From Acidobacteriota bacterium (GTDB taxonomy: Bacteria > Acidobacteriota > UBA6911 > RPQK01 > JAJDTT01), in the NCBI GenBank assembly GCA_965263035.1, contig OZ253580.1, positions 2,688,001 to 2,752,000 of the forward strand: 64,000 nucleotides of DNA, given 5' to 3'. Shown here piece after piece: positions 31,300 through 44,414 of the stretch (position 1 is the stretch's first letter; the number at the start of each line of letters is the position of its first letter). Below the pieces are notes generated by a model. That model was not told the origin of the DNA and made no database searches. It saw only the letters and a program-made list of their open reading frames with translations. The position numbers were made by a program, and so were the translations under genes.

Positions 31300-31860
31300 A
31301 TGTCGCGCGTAGGAAAAATGCCCATCCCCATTCCCAGCGGGGTGAAGATTTCGGTTTTGGAGAGTCAGGTTCGCGTGCAAGGGCCGCGGGGAACCATGTC
31401 CACCGCGGTGCCGCGAGGAATCACCGCCGCCGTGGAGAACGGCGAGCTTCGAGTCCGGAGGGGCGGAGACGACAAGACGTCCCGGGCTCTCCACGGGTTG
31501 GCTCGGTCGCTGCTGGCGAATTCGGTGACGGGCGTCACCCAAGGCTTCCGCAAGGAGCTGGACATCGTCGGCATTGGTTTTCGTGCGGAGCTTCGAGGAA
31601 AGATTCTGACCCTGTCGCTGGGATTTTCCCATACCATCGATTTCCCCGTGCCGGAAGGCATCAACATCCGCGTCGAGCGGGCCGGCCGCCAGATTCAGAA
31701 TTACGTCACGACGATACTGGTGGAAGGGGTTGACAAGTACCGTGTCGGACAGGTTGCCGCCAATATCCGGGCCCTGAAGCGGCCGGATGCATACAAGGGG
31801 AAGGGGATTCGGTACAGGAACGAGCAGATTCACCTGAAGGTGGGCAAGAAGGGAGCCTGA
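31300..31860 (+). CDS. rplF: 50S ribosomal protein L6
   Basis: [19 protein letters not shown]. Confidence 0.99.
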   Translation: MSRVGKMPIPIPSGVKISVLESQVRVQGPRGTMSTAVPRGITAAVENGELRVRRGGDDKTSRALHGLARSLLANSVTGVTQGFRKELDIVGIGFRAELRGKILTLSLGFSHTIDFPVPEGINIRVERAGRQIQNYVTTILVEGVDKYRVGQVAANIRALKRPDAYKGKGIRYRNEQIHLKVGKKGA

Positions 31861-31865
31861 GGGGA

Positions 31866-32231
31866 ATGGCGAAGAAGGCGAGTCGGGCTTATCGAAGGAC
31901 CAGGATCCACCAGCGGATCCGGAAGGCGCTGTCGGGAACGGCCGAGCGTCCCCGTCTTTGTGTCTTTCGCAGCCTGAAACACATGTATGCCCAGATTATC
32001 GACGACCAGCTTGGGCGGAGTCTGGTGAGTGCTTCGACCTTGAAGGTGAACGGCGAGAAGTTGGCCAACGGAAGCAATATCGAAGCCGCTCGCCGCGTCG
32101 GCACCAGCATAGCCCAACAGGCTCTCGCCTCCGGGATTCGCGAAGTGGTCTTCGACCGCGGCGGGTACAGGTATTTTGGCCGGGTCAAGGCTCTGGCGGA
32201 CGCCGCCCGGGAGCTGGGGCTCAAGTTCTAA
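31866..32231 (+). CDS. rplR: 50S ribosomal protein L18
   Basis: [15 protein letters not shown]. Confidence 0.99.
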   Translation: MAKKASRAYRRTRIHQRIRKALSGTAERPRLCVFRSLKHMYAQIIDDQLGRSLVSASTLKVNGEKLANGSNIEAARRVGTSIAQQALASGIREVVFDRGGYRYFGRVKALADAARELGLKF

Positions 32232-32257
32232 AGACAAGCTCTAGATACGGAGTGCTC

Positions 32258-32749
32258 ATGGCGCAACAGGACTACAGCGAAGAACTTAAGGATCAGGTCA
32301 TCTCCATCAATCGGGTCACCAAGGTGGTGAAGGGAGGAAAGAATCTCAGCTTCGGCGCTCTGGTGGTTGTGGGTGACCAGAATGGAAAGGTCGGTTGGGG
32401 CATGGGCAAAGCGCGCGAGGTCCCGGCGGCCATCAGAAAAGGACTGGAGAAGGCCAAGAAATCCATGATCGGTGTTCCCCTGAAGGGGTCGACGATCCAC
32501 CATGGCGTCAAGGGGCGTTTCGGCGCGGGACTGGTCATTCTCAAGCCGGCCCCCGAAGGGACCGGCATCATCGCCGGTGCTCCGGTTCGAGCGGTGATGG
32601 AATCGGTCGGAATCCGAGACGTGGTGACGAAGAGCGTGGGAACCACCAATCCTCACAACGTGGTCAAGGCCACCTTCGATGGATTGTCCCAGTTGCGCAG
32701 TCCGGAAGCCGTGGCCTTGAGCCGAGGCATTCCTGTGGAGGACCTCTAG
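32258..32749 (+). CDS. rpsE: 30S ribosomal protein S5
   Basis: [17 protein letters not shown]. Confidence 0.99.
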   Translation: MAQQDYSEELKDQVISINRVTKVVKGGKNLSFGALVVVGDQNGKVGWGMGKAREVPAAIRKGLEKAKKSMIGVPLKGSTIHHGVKGRFGAGLVILKPAPEGTGIIAGAPVRAVMESVGIRDVVTKSVGTTNPHNVVKATFDGLSQLRSPEAVALSRGIPVEDL

Positions 32750-32971
32750 GTGACTGAAGAGCGGGAACCGAAGGGCCGCCAGACGGGGACCATCCAAATA
32801 CGCTACGTTCACAGTGCCATCGGGCGATCGAAACACCAGAAACTAGTGGTTCGGGGATTGGGTCTGAGGAAGTTGAATCAGGTGGTGAAGAGGCCGGATA
32901 CGCGGGAGATCCGGGGAATGGTGGCCAAGATTCCCCATCTGGTGCAGATCGTCGAGGGGAACGAGCGATGA
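32750..32971 (+). CDS. rpmD: 50S ribosomal protein L30
   Basis: SAIGR..LGLRKL..RGMV. Confidence 0.96.
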   Translation: MTEEREPKGRQTGTIQIRYVHSAIGRSKHQKLVVRGLGLRKLNQVVKRPDTREIRGMVAKIPHLVQIVEGNER

Positions 32972-33417
32972 GTTATGCTCTCCACACATTGAAGCCGGCG
33001 CCCGGCACGCGTCACACCCGCAAGCGGGTCGGCCGGGGACCCGGCTCCGGAACCGGAAAGACCGCCGGGCGGGGCTTCAATGGTCAGAAGTCCCGATCCG
33101 GATACTCGTCCCGAGCCGGCTTTGAAGGCGGCCAGATGCCCCTTTATCGAAGGCTTCCCAAGCGGGGTTTCAAGAACCCCTTCCGCAAGCGGTTCGCGGT
33201 GATCAACGTTCGGGACCTGAATCGTTTCGAGGACGGAACCACCGTCGGCCCCGAGCTGCTCATCGAGCGGGGAATGGTCAAGAAGTTGGGTGACGGCCTG
33301 CGGATCCTGGGCGATGGCGAGCTGGAGCGCAAGTTGATGGTTCGGGCTCACCATCTCAGCCGGCAGGCCCGAGAGAAGATCGAGCAGGCAGGCGGAAGCG
33401 TCGAGGTCTTGAGCTGA
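32968..33417 (+). CDS. rplO: 50S ribosomal protein L15
   Basis: [18 protein letters not shown]. Confidence 0.99.
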   Translation: MSYALHTLKPAPGTRHTRKRVGRGPGSGTGKTAGRGFNGQKSRSGYSSRAGFEGGQMPLYRRLPKRGFKNPFRKRFAVINVRDLNRFEDGTTVGPELLIERGMVKKLGDGLRILGDGELERKLMVRAHHLSRQAREKIEQAGGSVEVLS

Positions 33418-34823
33418 TGGCCGATTTCAGTCCGGTTCTGGGCAGTTTCCGGAACATCTTCCATATTCCCGATCTACGGAAGCGGGTCCTCTTCATGCTG
33501 GGGCTCCTGGCCGCGTACCGGGTGGGGAGCTGGATCCCGACTCCGGGAGTGGACAGCGGCGCCCTGGAACTGGTCTTCAGCCAGCAGGCCGGGACCGTCC
33601 TGGGCTTCCTGGACATGTTCTCGGGGGGCAACCTGAGCCGATTCTCCATCTTTGCCTTGGGAATCACTCCCTACATCACCGCGTCCATCATCCTGCAGTT
33701 GCTGACGGTGGTCTGGCCCTTCCTGGAGCGGCTCTCCAAGGAAGGTGAGCTGGGTAGAAAAAAGATCAATCAATACACTCGATACCTGACCGTGGGCCTC
33801 TGCCTGTTCCAGAGTATGGCCTCCGCCTCGGTCCTGGAACGCATGGACGCGGTTCCGCCGGTGGTGCCGTATCCGGGCTGGGGTTTTCGACTCATGACCA
33901 TGCTCACCCTCACCTGCGGGACGACGCTGGTGATGTGGCTCGGCGAGCAGATCTCCGAGCGCGGCATTGGAAACGGGATCTCCCTGATCATCTTCGCCGG
34001 CATCGTGGTCGGCCTGCCGTCCGCTGCCCATTCCCTGTATCAGGATTGGATGCTGGGAACCCGGTCCATCCTCACGATCATCATCCTCCTGGCGATGATG
34101 GTTCTGGTGGTGATCGGAATCGTGATCGTGGAACGAGGACAGCGCCGGATCCCCATCCAATACGCCAAGCGGGTGGTGGGCCGGAGGATGTACGGCGGAC
34201 AAGCCACACACCTGCCCCTGCGGGTGAACTCGGGCGGAGTCATCCCGGTGATCTTCGCCGCCTCCATTCTTGCCTTCCCCTCCACCATGGGCCTGGTCTT
34301 CGAGGCCGGGTGGGTCCAGAGTCTTTCCCAGCAGTTGCAACAAGGCTACCCGCTCTACAACATCATCTACATCGCCGGGATCATGTTCTTCTGCTTCTTC
34401 TACGTGAGCATCATCTTCAACCCGGACGAGGTCGCCGACAACATCCGAAAATACGGCGGCTATATTCCGGGGATTCGGCCCGGCCGGCGAACCGCACAGT
34501 ACATCGATCGGACCTTGAGCCGTTTGACGGCGGCCGGCGCCGTCTACCTGGTCCTGGTTTGTTTGCTTCCCGAATTTCTGATGACCGGATTCAAGGTTCA
34601 GCCGATTCCCTGGGTGGGTCCGGTTCTGGACAATTTCCTGATCGACAACAATCTGGATTTCTTTACCAATGGTCTGGGAGTGACCTTCTATTTCGGAGGG
34701 ACGTCCCTCCTGATCGTGGTGGGCGTGGGAATGGACACGGTCAAGCAGATCGAGTCACAACTGATCATGAGGCACTACGACGGCTTCCTCAAAAAAGGCC
34801 GAATTCGGGGAAGAAGAGGTTGA
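33417..34823 (+). CDS. secY: Preprotein translocase SecY
   Basis: LGITPYITASII, GIGNGISL, IPGIRPG, GGTSLLIVV. Confidence 0.99.
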   Translation: MADFSPVLGSFRNIFHIPDLRKRVLFMLGLLAAYRVGSWIPTPGVDSGALELVFSQQAGTVLGFLDMFSGGNLSRFSIFALGITPYITASIILQLLTVVWPFLERLSKEGELGRKKINQYTRYLTVGLCLFQSMASASVLERMDAVPPVVPYPGWGFRLMTMLTLTCGTTLVMWLGEQISERGIGNGISLIIFAGIVVGLPSAAHSLYQDWMLGTRSILTIIILLAMMVLVVIGIVIVERGQRRIPIQYAKRVVGRRMYGGQATHLPLRVNSGGVIPVIFAASILAFPSTMGLVFEAGWVQSLSQQLQQGYPLYNIIYIAGIMFFCFFYVSIIFNPDEVADNIRKYGGYIPGIRPGRRTAQYIDRTLSRLTAAGAVYLVLVCLLPEFLMTGFKVQPIPWVGPVLDNFLIDNNLDFFTNGLGVTFYFGGTSLLIVVGVGMDTVKQIESQLIMRHYDGFLKKGRIRGRRG

Positions 34824-34854
34824 GGCTGAGGGCCCGACCGGAGATCCAATCCTG

Positions 34855-35514
34855 ATGCCCGAAAAGTTGGTGACCATTCTGCTCGGCCCACCCGGAGCCG
34901 GGAAAGGGACGCAGGCCAAGCGCCTCGCGGCACGGTTCGGCTACCTGCACGTCTCCACCGGGGACATCCTGAGAGAGGAAGTGCGCGCCGGAACCGATCT
35001 GGGTAGTCGCGTCGAAGCCATCATGAATGCGGGAGAGTTGGTCCCGGATGAGTTGGTGGCCCAGATCGTGGGAAGGAAGCTGGCGCGAGACGCGAGTAAA
35101 GAAATTTTGTTGGATGGGTTTCCCCGGAACCTCGCTCAGGCCACCTACCTGAGTCGAATCAGCAACGGTCTTCCGCCCCTGGTGATCAATTTGAAACTGG
35201 AGAACGCGGAGGTTGTCAGACGCCTCAACGGGCGTCGCCAGTGTGCCGGCTGTGGTAATATCTACAACCTTTATTACTCCGAGCCCCGGGAGGATGGTGT
35301 CTGTGATTCGTGCGGCGGGGAATTGGTGCTCCGTCCTGACGATCGCGAATCCGTGATTCGGGAGAGACTGCGGGTCTACCGCGATCAGACTCAGCCCCTG
35401 GTCGATTACTACAAGGCAGAGGGCCGCTACGGAGAGGTGGAAGCTTCTGGAGGAATCCAGGAGGTTTTTGACTTCATCGTTCAGACCATGTCACCGAGTG
35501 CCGTTCGGTCTTGA
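34855..35514 (+). CDS. adk: Adenylate kinase (Zn lid)
   Basis: GPPGAGKGTQA, LDGFPR. Confidence 0.98.
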   Translation: MPEKLVTILLGPPGAGKGTQAKRLAARFGYLHVSTGDILREEVRAGTDLGSRVEAIMNAGELVPDELVAQIVGRKLARDASKEILLDGFPRNLAQATYLSRISNGLPPLVINLKLENAEVVRRLNGRRQCAGCGNIYNLYYSEPREDGVCDSCGGELVLRPDDRESVIRERLRVYRDQTQPLVDYYKAEGRYGEVEASGGIQEVFDFIVQTMSPSAVRS

Positions 35515-35545
35515 GGATACGTACCGCATCAGGAACCTGACTGGA

Positions 35546-36352
35546 ATGATCGTCTGCAAAGGCGCTAGAGAACTGGAGAGGATGCGCGAGGCCAACCGCT
35601 TGGTGTCCAGGACATTGGACCATCTGGGGACCATGATCAACCCTGGCGTGACCACGCGGCAATTGGATGCCGCCGCCGAGGACATGATCCTCGGGAGCGG
35701 AGCCAGGCCGGCCTTCAAGGGCTACCGGGGATTCCCCGCCAGCGTCTGCGCCTCCGTCAACCATCAGATCGTCCACGGGATTCCCAACGACCAGCCTCTC
35801 AAAAAGGGAGATATCCTGTCTTTGGACGTGGGGGTCTACTACAAGGGATTCTATGGTGACTCCGCCTGGACCTTCTGTGTGGGTGAGGTTTCTCCCGAAC
35901 TGAGGAAGCTGTTGGACGTGACTCGCGAGTCCCTCTACCGGGGGATCGAGCAGGTGGTGGTGGGAAACCGCATCTCCGACATCTCCCACGGCATACAGAA
36001 GTACGTGGAAGCCTACGGGTTTTCGGTGGTGAGAGAATTCGTGGGCCATGGGATCGGCAGGTTCCTGCACGAGGAACCGCAGGTCCCCAACTATGGTGAG
36101 CCTGGAAAGGGCCCCAGGTTGAAGCCGGGCATGGTTCTGGCAATCGAGCCCATGGTCAACAGCCAGGGCCCCGGCGTCAAAGTGTTGGAAGACCGATGGA
36201 CGGCGGTGACGGCGGACGGGGGTTACAGCGCCCATTTCGAGCATTCAGTCGCCGTCACCGAAACCGGTCCCTGGATCCTCAGCAACTCCAGCGGCAGGAC
36301 CCGACGCGGGGCATCAAGTCCGGATTCGATGATTGCAGGAGGCGAAGAATGA
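35546..36352 (+). CDS. map: Methionine aminopeptidase type I
   Basis: HGIP, GHGIG..HEEP, AIEPM, SAHFEH. Confidence 0.98.
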   Translation: MIVCKGARELERMREANRLVSRTLDHLGTMINPGVTTRQLDAAAEDMILGSGARPAFKGYRGFPASVCASVNHQIVHGIPNDQPLKKGDILSLDVGVYYKGFYGDSAWTFCVGEVSPELRKLLDVTRESLYRGIEQVVVGNRISDISHGIQKYVEAYGFSVVREFVGHGIGRFLHEEPQVPNYGEPGKGPRLKPGMVLAIEPMVNSQGPGVKVLEDRWTAVTADGGYSAHFEHSVAVTETGPWILSNSSGRTRRGASSPDSMIAGGEE

Positions 36353-36462
36353 AAGTTCGAGCTTCGGTCAAGCGAATCTGCAGGCAATGCAGGATCGTCC
36401 GCCGCAAGGGTGTGGTCCGAGTCATCTGCAGCAACCCGAAACACAAGCAGCGTCAGGGGTAA
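36349..36462 (+). CDS. rpmJ: 50S ribosomal protein L36
   Basis: [21 protein letters not shown]. Confidence 0.98.
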   Translation: MKVRASVKRICRQCRIVRRKGVVRVICSNPKHKQRQG

Positions 36463-36495
36463 TCGTCACCGGAGACCACGGAGCGGATCGGCACA

Positions 36496-36870
36496 ATGCG
36501 ACTAATTGGAGTGAACATACCGGACAAGAAACGGGTTCTGATCTCTCTGACCTACATCTACGGGATCGGAAGGGCTCGGTCCCAGAAGATCCTGGATGCA
36601 GCGAAGGTGGATGCGGACAAGAATACCGGGGACCTCACCGAGGAGGAGGCCGCTCGACTCCGACGCGTCATCGAAGACCAGGGGCGGATTGAAGGGGATC
36701 TGCGCAAGGAACTTCAGATCAACATCAAGCGTCTTATGGACATCGGCTGCTATCGGGGACTTCGGCATCGCCGGGGACTGCCCACCCGAGGCCAGCGCAC
36801 CCATACCAATGCCAGGACCCGCAAGGGGCCGCGCAAGATCCGCATCATGCGGAGAAAGAGGGGGCGTTAG
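36496..36870 (+). CDS. rpsM: 30S ribosomal protein S13
   Basis: [23 protein letters not shown]. Confidence 0.98.
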   Translation: MRLIGVNIPDKKRVLISLTYIYGIGRARSQKILDAAKVDADKNTGDLTEEEAARLRRVIEDQGRIEGDLRKELQINIKRLMDIGCYRGLRHRRGLPTRGQRTHTNARTRKGPRKIRIMRRKRGR

Positions 36871-37021
36871 CGGCTCGGCGGGCGGCGAGCGCAGGGATCC
36901 GGCGGGGTTCTGCGCTGCAGGTTTTCCGATGCCGTTTGTGCATCCGGGAGGCGCAAGAATTTCAAAAGGGAATCAGCCAGGGGCGTTCGCGGCCCAGGGG
37001 ACCGATTAGAGGGATATCCAG

Positions 37022-37429
37022 ATGGCCAAGGGCGGAAAGACGAAAAAAAAGAAGGGCTCCAAGAAGAAAGATCGGAGAACCATTCTCCATGGCATCGTCC
37101 ACGTGAAGGCGACATTCAACAATACGATCATCACCATCACCGATAAGGAAGGGAATGTCTTATCGACCGCCACTGCCGGAATGCAGGGCTTCAAGGGAAG
37201 CCGCAAGAGCACGCCCTTCGCAGCCTCTCAGGCCGGGCATACGGCAGCCAATCGGGCCCGTGACCTGTACGGAATTCGTACCTGCGAGGTCTGGGTCAAG
37301 GGACCCGGCGGTGGCCGCGAAGCGGCCGTGCGCGCCATTCAGTCGTCTGGAATCGATATCAAATCAATCCGGGACGTGACGCCTATTCCCCACAACGGTT
37401 GCCGTCCTCCCAAGCGGCGACGGGTATAG
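37022..37429 (+). CDS. rpsK: 30S ribosomal protein S11
   Basis: [17 protein letters not shown]. Confidence 0.99.
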   Translation: MAKGGKTKKKKGSKKKDRRTILHGIVHVKATFNNTIITITDKEGNVLSTATAGMQGFKGSRKSTPFAASQAGHTAANRARDLYGIRTCEVWVKGPGGGREAAVRAIQSSGIDIKSIRDVTPIPHNGCRPPKRRRV

Positions 37430-37496
37430 GAGCCGGTGGCAACGGACCGGGAGTACCGCATGACATCGGCAGGTGAAGTCAGGAAGGAGACGAACC

Positions 37497-38132
37497 TTGG
37501 CACGCTATAACGGCCCTGTCTGCCGTCTCTGCAGACGCGAGGGGATGAAACTGTTCCTCAAGGGAAATCGATGCTATTCGGAGAAGTGCGCCATCGAGAA
37601 ACGGAACGTCGTTCCGGGCGAGCACGGGCGCGACAGGCGCGGCCGGCCCAGGACCATGGGTTACGGCCAGCAACTCCGTGAGAAACAGAAGGTCAAACGA
37701 GTCTACGGCGTCCTGGAGCGCCAGTTTCGCAGCTATTTCGCCAAAGCGGCCAAAAAGAGGGGCGTCACCGGCGAACTCCTGTTGCAGTTTCTGGAACGGA
37801 GACTCGACAGCGTCGTCTATCGGCTCGGTTTCACCACCTCCAGGAACCAGGCCCGGCAGTTGGTCCGCCACGGTCATATCCGGGTGAACGGACGACGGGT
37901 CAACATCCCTTCCTTCCTGGTCAAGGCGGGGGATGAAGTCTCGCTGCATCAGAAGAGTTGGAACAATTTGCTGGTTCGCGCCGCTTTGGATGCGGTCGCC
38001 GGCCGTGGGGTTCCTGCTTGGCTGAGTCTGGAAAAAAATCAATTCAAGGGCCAGGTGTTGGAGTTGCCGACCCGGGAGCATATCTCGCTGCCTATCGAGG
38101 AGTCCCTGGTGGTGGAACTCTATTCCAAATAG
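37497..38132 (+). CDS. rpsD: 30S ribosomal protein S4
   Basis: [27 protein letters not shown]; TTG start after an SD. Confidence 0.98.
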   Translation: MARYNGPVCRLCRREGMKLFLKGNRCYSEKCAIEKRNVVPGEHGRDRRGRPRTMGYGQQLREKQKVKRVYGVLERQFRSYFAKAAKKRGVTGELLLQFLERRLDSVVYRLGFTTSRNQARQLVRHGHIRVNGRRVNIPSFLVKAGDEVSLHQKSWNNLLVRAALDAVAGRGVPAWLSLEKNQFKGQVLELPTREHISLPIEESLVVELYSK

Positions 38133-38291
38133 CTGCCGGATGAGCGCGGGCTCGCCGTGCAGATTCCCCGTGATTTCATCTGGGGTCTGCCGGCACACGG
38201 CGGGGATGAGCCATGCCCCCACCAGGGCCGTCCACGCGGGCCGGAGCCTCATCGAGGCGGCTGTTCATAGAATCGTCGGAGACATAGATCA

Positions 38292-39275
38292 ATGGGAGCG
38301 TTTCAGAAACCAACCAAGCTCTTTTATGACCCGGATAGCTTGACCTCGACTTCAGGCAACTTCCATGCCCAACCTTTCGAGCGGGGATTCGCCACGACGA
38401 TTGGGCATTCCCTGCGAAGGGTCCTGCTTTCCGCCATCGAGGGAGCGGCCCTCACGGCGGTCAAGATCGAGGGAGTCCTGCACGAGTTCTCGTCGATCCC
38501 GGGTGTCAGAGAAGACGTGACCGACATCATCATGAACCTGAGGCAGATTCCCTTGATTCTGCACTCCAGTGAGCCCAAGACCGTGTACCTCGAGGCCTCT
38601 GGAGAAGGGGAGATCAAGTCCGGAGACTTCAAGCCGGACCCGGACCTGGAGGTGTTGGACACGAACGTCCACATCGCCAGTTTGAACCCGGAAGCCAGGA
38701 TCAGCATGGAAGTGCGCGTCAAGAAAGGCCGGGGCTATGTTCCAGCCAGCCAGAACCACGACGAGGACTTGAGTCTGGGCTACATCGCCATGGACTCGGT
38801 CCATTCGCCGGTTCGGCGGGCCAACTTTCAGGTGGAGGCCGCCCGCCTGGGACAGTCGACCGAATACGAGCGTCTCAACCTGGAGGTGGTGACCAACGGC
38901 AGTGTCGCTCCGCAGGATGCCGTGGCCCAAGCCGCGCAGATCCTCAAGGAGCACCTGTTCATGTTCATCAACTTCGAAGAGGACTCGGAAGAGGACGTGG
39001 TCGAGGAAGACAAGGACCAGGCCGTCAACGAGAACCTGATCAAACCGATCGAGGAATTGGAGTTGTCGGTTCGGGCCTACAATTGCCTCAAGAACGCCAG
39101 TGTAGAGACCATCGGCGAGCTGGTGGTCAAGACCGAAACCGAGATGCTCAAAACCAAGAACTTCGGCCGGAAGTCCTTGAGCGAGATCAAGGAATTGCTG
39201 GCCGAGATGGGCCTGTCGTTCGGCATGAAGATCGACACCAAGGGCCGGCTGGTCCACGAGACCACGGAGGTCTGA
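38292..39275 (+). CDS. rpoA: RNA polymerase subunit alpha
   Basis: [29 protein letters not shown]. Confidence 0.99.
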   Translation: MGAFQKPTKLFYDPDSLTSTSGNFHAQPFERGFATTIGHSLRRVLLSAIEGAALTAVKIEGVLHEFSSIPGVREDVTDIIMNLRQIPLILHSSEPKTVYLEASGEGEIKSGDFKPDPDLEVLDTNVHIASLNPEARISMEVRVKKGRGYVPASQNHDEDLSLGYIAMDSVHSPVRRANFQVEAARLGQSTEYERLNLEVVTNGSVAPQDAVAQAAQILKEHLFMFINFEEDSEEDVVEEDKDQAVNENLIKPIEELELSVRAYNCLKNASVETIGELVVKTETEMLKTKNFGRKSLSEIKELLAEMGLSFGMKIDTKGRLVHETTEV

Positions 39276-39280
39276 CGGTT

Positions 39281-39685
39281 ATGAGACACCGTCGAAAGGG
39301 CAAAAAGCTGGGAAGGACAGCGAGTCACCGGAAGGCGTTGTTCCGTAATCTGGTGACCGAGTTCCTGGACAAGGAACGGATCGTCACCACCATCGCCAAA
39401 GCCAAGGAGCTGCGTCCGGTGGCCGAGAAGATGATCACGTTGGGCAAACGGGAAGACCTGCATGCCAAGCGGCGAGCTCTGAGCTTCATCCGGCGCAAGT
39501 CGGTGGTGTACAAACTCTTCGACGATATTGCACCCCGTTTCTCCGAGCGCAACGGCGGTTACACTCGCATTCTCCGCCTCGGGTTTCGCCGGGGAGATCA
39601 GGCGGAGATGGCTCTTCTGGAGCTGGTGGGGAGTGAGTTTGAACCGGTGGCGCCCGACAAGAAATCGAAGAAACGGGCCAAATAG
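39281..39685 (+). CDS. rplQ: 50S ribosomal protein L17
   Basis: MRHR..KLGR..HRKA, GGYTRI. Confidence 0.99.
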   Translation: MRHRRKGKKLGRTASHRKALFRNLVTEFLDKERIVTTIAKAKELRPVAEKMITLGKREDLHAKRRALSFIRRKSVVYKLFDDIAPRFSERNGGYTRILRLGFRRGDQAEMALLELVGSEFEPVAPDKKSKKRAK

Positions 39686-39699
39686 AAGAGGCTCGTCTC

Positions 39700-41930
39700 G
39701 TTTTGACCCGCCCGATTCGAAATCGTCCACCGGATCCTTCTCACTTCTTCCGATTCGCTGCTGGCTGGCAGGGTTCCTGTTTCTCTCGCTCTTCTCTTCT
39801 CTCGCCGGATCGCAGAAGTCCCGCCTGACCCTGCAGCATCTCTACGATCCCCGCACCAAGTTGGACTTCACCGGCTCTCCTCCGACGAGTCTGCGCTGGT
39901 CTCCGGACGGACGCCACTATCTCCACCATCGCAAGCAGTCTTCCACCCTGTTCACAGTCGACGCCGTCAGCGGGGATTCCGAGATCCTGCTGGATGAAAC
40001 GCGACTTCGAAAGGCCCTCTCGAATCCCGATCTCGATACCTCGAGCCCCGACTCCGCCACGCTCGGCTGGTTCCGATTGAGCCCTGACGAGAAGACCCTC
40101 CTTTTCGAGTTCTCCGGGGATCTTTTTCTCTACGCTCTGAAGTCCGGAGCGGCTTCGCGGCTGACCCGTTCCTCAAAACGGGAGGAATTGGCCGAGTTCA
40201 GCCCCGACGGACGCATGGTCAGCTACGTCCGAGCCAAGGACCTCTACCTGGTCGGCATCGAAAGCGGCTGCGAAGTGCGTCTCACGCAGGACGGCGGCGG
40301 TGAGGTGATCAACGGCAAATTGAACTGGCTGTACCAGGAGGAACTCTACGGCCGGGGCAACTTCAAGGGTTACTGGTGGAGTCCCGATTCATCCCACCTG
40401 GCCTTCCTGCAGTTGGACGAGTCGCCGGTGCCGACCTTCACGCTGCTCGATTACCAGCCGCTCTACCCGTCCACACGGACGACCCGCTACCCCAAGGCCG
40501 GAGACCCCAACCCTCGGGCGCGTATCGGCGTGGTCCCGGTCTCGGGCGAGGCCGTCCACTGGATCCAGAGCGGTCCGGACGACGACCGCCTGGTGGTCCG
40601 GGCCGGTTGGAGCCCGGATGGAGGCGCCGTCGTTTTTCAGGAGCAGAACCGGGTCCAGACCCGGTTGGACCTGAAGCTGTACCGGCTCTCGTCGCGGAGC
40701 ACGACTGCGCTGTTGCGGGAGGAGAGCGTCGCGTGGGTCGACGTTCTGGCCGAGCCGAGCTGGCTGGCGGACGATTCCTTCCTCTGGATGAGCGATCGTA
40801 CGGGGTGGCGGCATCTTTATCACTACCGGTCCGACGGCACTCTCGTCAGACCGGTCACGAGCGGGCAGTGGAACGTCTTTGACCTCCTCCACCACTCTCA
40901 TGAGAACGGGGAGATCTACTTTACGGCGGACCGGGACGGCGCCGCTGAGAGACACCTTTTCCGTTCGAATCTGAACGGCGGATCGATGGTACGCGTTTCC
41001 CGGGAACCGGGAACCCATCGGCCCCGGTTGAATGACCAGGGTTCGCTCTATCTCGACACCTGGAGCGACGTCGACACCCCGCCCCGGCTGAGCGTTCATG
41101 ACGCGAAGGGAACGCTCTTGAGGGAAATTCATCCCAGCAACCGGGAGAACCTGGAGAAGTTTCGGCTCTCTTCTCCCCAGTTTCTGCAGGTGCCGACCCG
41201 GGACGGGTTCCTCATGGAGGCCATGATGATCCTGCCCCACGACTTCGATCCCGCTCGAAAGTATCCGGTTCTGGCCTACGTCTACGGTGGACCGGGTATG
41301 CCCCGGGTCAGAAGGAGATGGGGCGGAACCAACCACCTCTGGCACCAGCTCATGGCCCAGGAGGGCTATCTGATCTGGATCTGCGACAACCGAAGCGCCA
41401 GTGGGAACGGCGCCGGTTCGGCGTGGGCCGTGTATCGAAACTTCGGTGGCCAGGAGCTGCGCGACCTGGAAGACGGCCTGCAGTGGCTTCGGAAACGGAC
41501 CTTTGTGGATTCGGATCGAATCGGGATCTGGGGCTGGAGCTTCGGCGGGTACCTGACCAGCTTTGCGTTGACCCACAGCGACAGCTTTCGGATCGGGATC
41601 GCGGGGGCTCCGGTGACCGACTGGAGGCTGTACGACACCATCTACACGGAACGGTACATGGGGCTTCCGAAGGACAATCCGGAGGGCTACCGGAAGAGCT
41701 CGGTGCTGGAGGCGGCCGGCGGCCTGCAGGGCAAGCTGTTGCTGATCCACGGCGGCCTGGACGAGAATGTCCATCTCCAGAACACGCTCCGTCTGGCCCA
41801 TCGCCTACAAGAAGAGGGAAAGGACTTCCAGATGATGATCTACCCCCGAGCCCGGCATGGGGTGAGGGATCCGGAGCAAGTCCACCACCTCCGGAGGATG
41901 ATGACCCGATTCATCCTGAAGAACCTTTAA
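39700..41930 (+). CDS. S9B dipeptidyl peptidase IV family (start codon unclear; start coordinate approximate)
   Basis: WWSPD, YPKAG, VYGGP, GWSFGG, YTERYMG, HG.LDENVH. Confidence 0.9.
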
Positions 41931-42062
41931 CGGTCTCTGGAAGACTCGTCCCTGCCGCTCTCGACACTCTGCCCTGTCTCAGACCCCGAGCCGGTCCACA
42001 CCGCGTCCCTCTCCTCGTTCGTTCCCCTTGCCCGCCGGGAAACGCCCTGCAAGAATGTGCCG

Positions 42063-43379
<1,317 letters not shown>

Positions 43380-43392
43380 GCGGAGGAGTTCG

Positions 43393-44316
43393 ATGTCGAT
43401 TCAGACCGTGCTGGGGCCCATTGAACCCGCAGACCTGGGCGTCACCCTCATGCACGAACACACCCTGGTGGACGCCTGGGAATGGGGAGGACGCCTGGGC
43501 TACGACAGCACCGTGGACGACGAGGAGCTGCTGGTGGAGGAACTGGCCTTCTATCGCGACGCAGGCGGCTCCGCCCTGGTGGACGTGACCCCCATCGGAC
43601 TCCGGCGCGACCCGTCCGGGATGCGAAGACTGGCCCAGGCCACCGGCCTCCACATCATCATGGGGTGCGGCTGGTACCGGGAACGAGTCTATCCGGCCTA
43701 CATCCATGAGCTCAGCACCAATGCCCTGGCCGGCATGCTGGTGAAGGAGCTGGAAGAGGGGGTGGAGGGCGGCACTCGACCCGGCATCATCGGCGAGATC
43801 GGCACCGAGCGTTTCCACGTCACTCCGGCGGAGGAGAAGGTGTTTCGGGCGGCCGCGCGGGCCCAGCGGGCGACCGGCGCCACCGTGACCACCCACACCA
43901 CCCATTTCGGCGACCTGGCCCACGAGCAGATGGACATCCTGATGGAGGAGGGCGTCCCGCCGGAGCGGATCGTGATCGGACATCTGGGGGAACGGCGCGG
44001 CGTCAAGGGCGAGCTGGCCGTCGCCGAGAGGGGCGTCTACGTGGAGATCGATCACATCGGCCGTGCGGCCAGCGCCGGTACCCAGCCGGAATGGAGAAGG
44101 GCCCGGAACGTGGCCGAGTTGGTCCAGGCCGGCTACCTGGAACGGGTCTTGATCTCCATGGACATCTGCGCCAACTCCCTGCTGCACTGGAACGGAGGAC
44201 ACGGATTCGACTATCTCCTGACCACCTTCGTTCCCCTGCTCCGGGAAGAAGGCCTCACCGGGGATCAGATCCGCACGATTCTGGTGGACAACCCGATCCG
44301 GGTATTGGATTTCTGA
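43393..44316 (+). CDS. Phosphotriesterase-family amidohydrolase
   Basis: QTVLGPI..GVTLMHEH, GIIGEIG, VIGH, ISMD, VDNP. Confidence 0.9.
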   Translation: MSIQTVLGPIEPADLGVTLMHEHTLVDAWEWGGRLGYDSTVDDEELLVEELAFYRDAGGSALVDVTPIGLRRDPSGMRRLAQATGLHIIMGCGWYRERVYPAYIHELSTNALAGMLVKELEEGVEGGTRPGIIGEIGTERFHVTPAEEKVFRAAARAQRATGATVTTHTTHFGDLAHEQMDILMEEGVPPERIVIGHLGERRGVKGELAVAERGVYVEIDHIGRAASAGTQPEWRRARNVAELVQAGYLERVLISMDICANSLLHWNGGHGFDYLLTTFVPLLREEGLTGDQIRTILVDNPIRVLDF

Positions 44317-44414
44317 GGAGGGGCGATTTCCAATCGCCCATTCCTCCGCTCCGCCCGGAGTCCGGCGGTTGGAAACCGCCGCTCCTGTTCGGCGGCTAGG
44401 AAACCGCCGCTTCC
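44317..44414. repeat. Cluster of three REP-like hairpins (GGAG class) between convergent genes
   Basis: GGAG-GGGCGATTTCCAATCGCCC (+); GGAG-CGGCGGTTTCCAACCGCCG (-); GGAAGCGGCGGTTTCCTAGCCGCCG (-). Confidence 0.75.

Noticed and set aside
38133-38291. Structured spacers at rpsD-rpoA, rpsM-rpsK and rplE-rpsN as regulatory RNAs
   Set aside because: Hairpins are expected at this GC content and I recognise no known leader motif; covariation data would be needed
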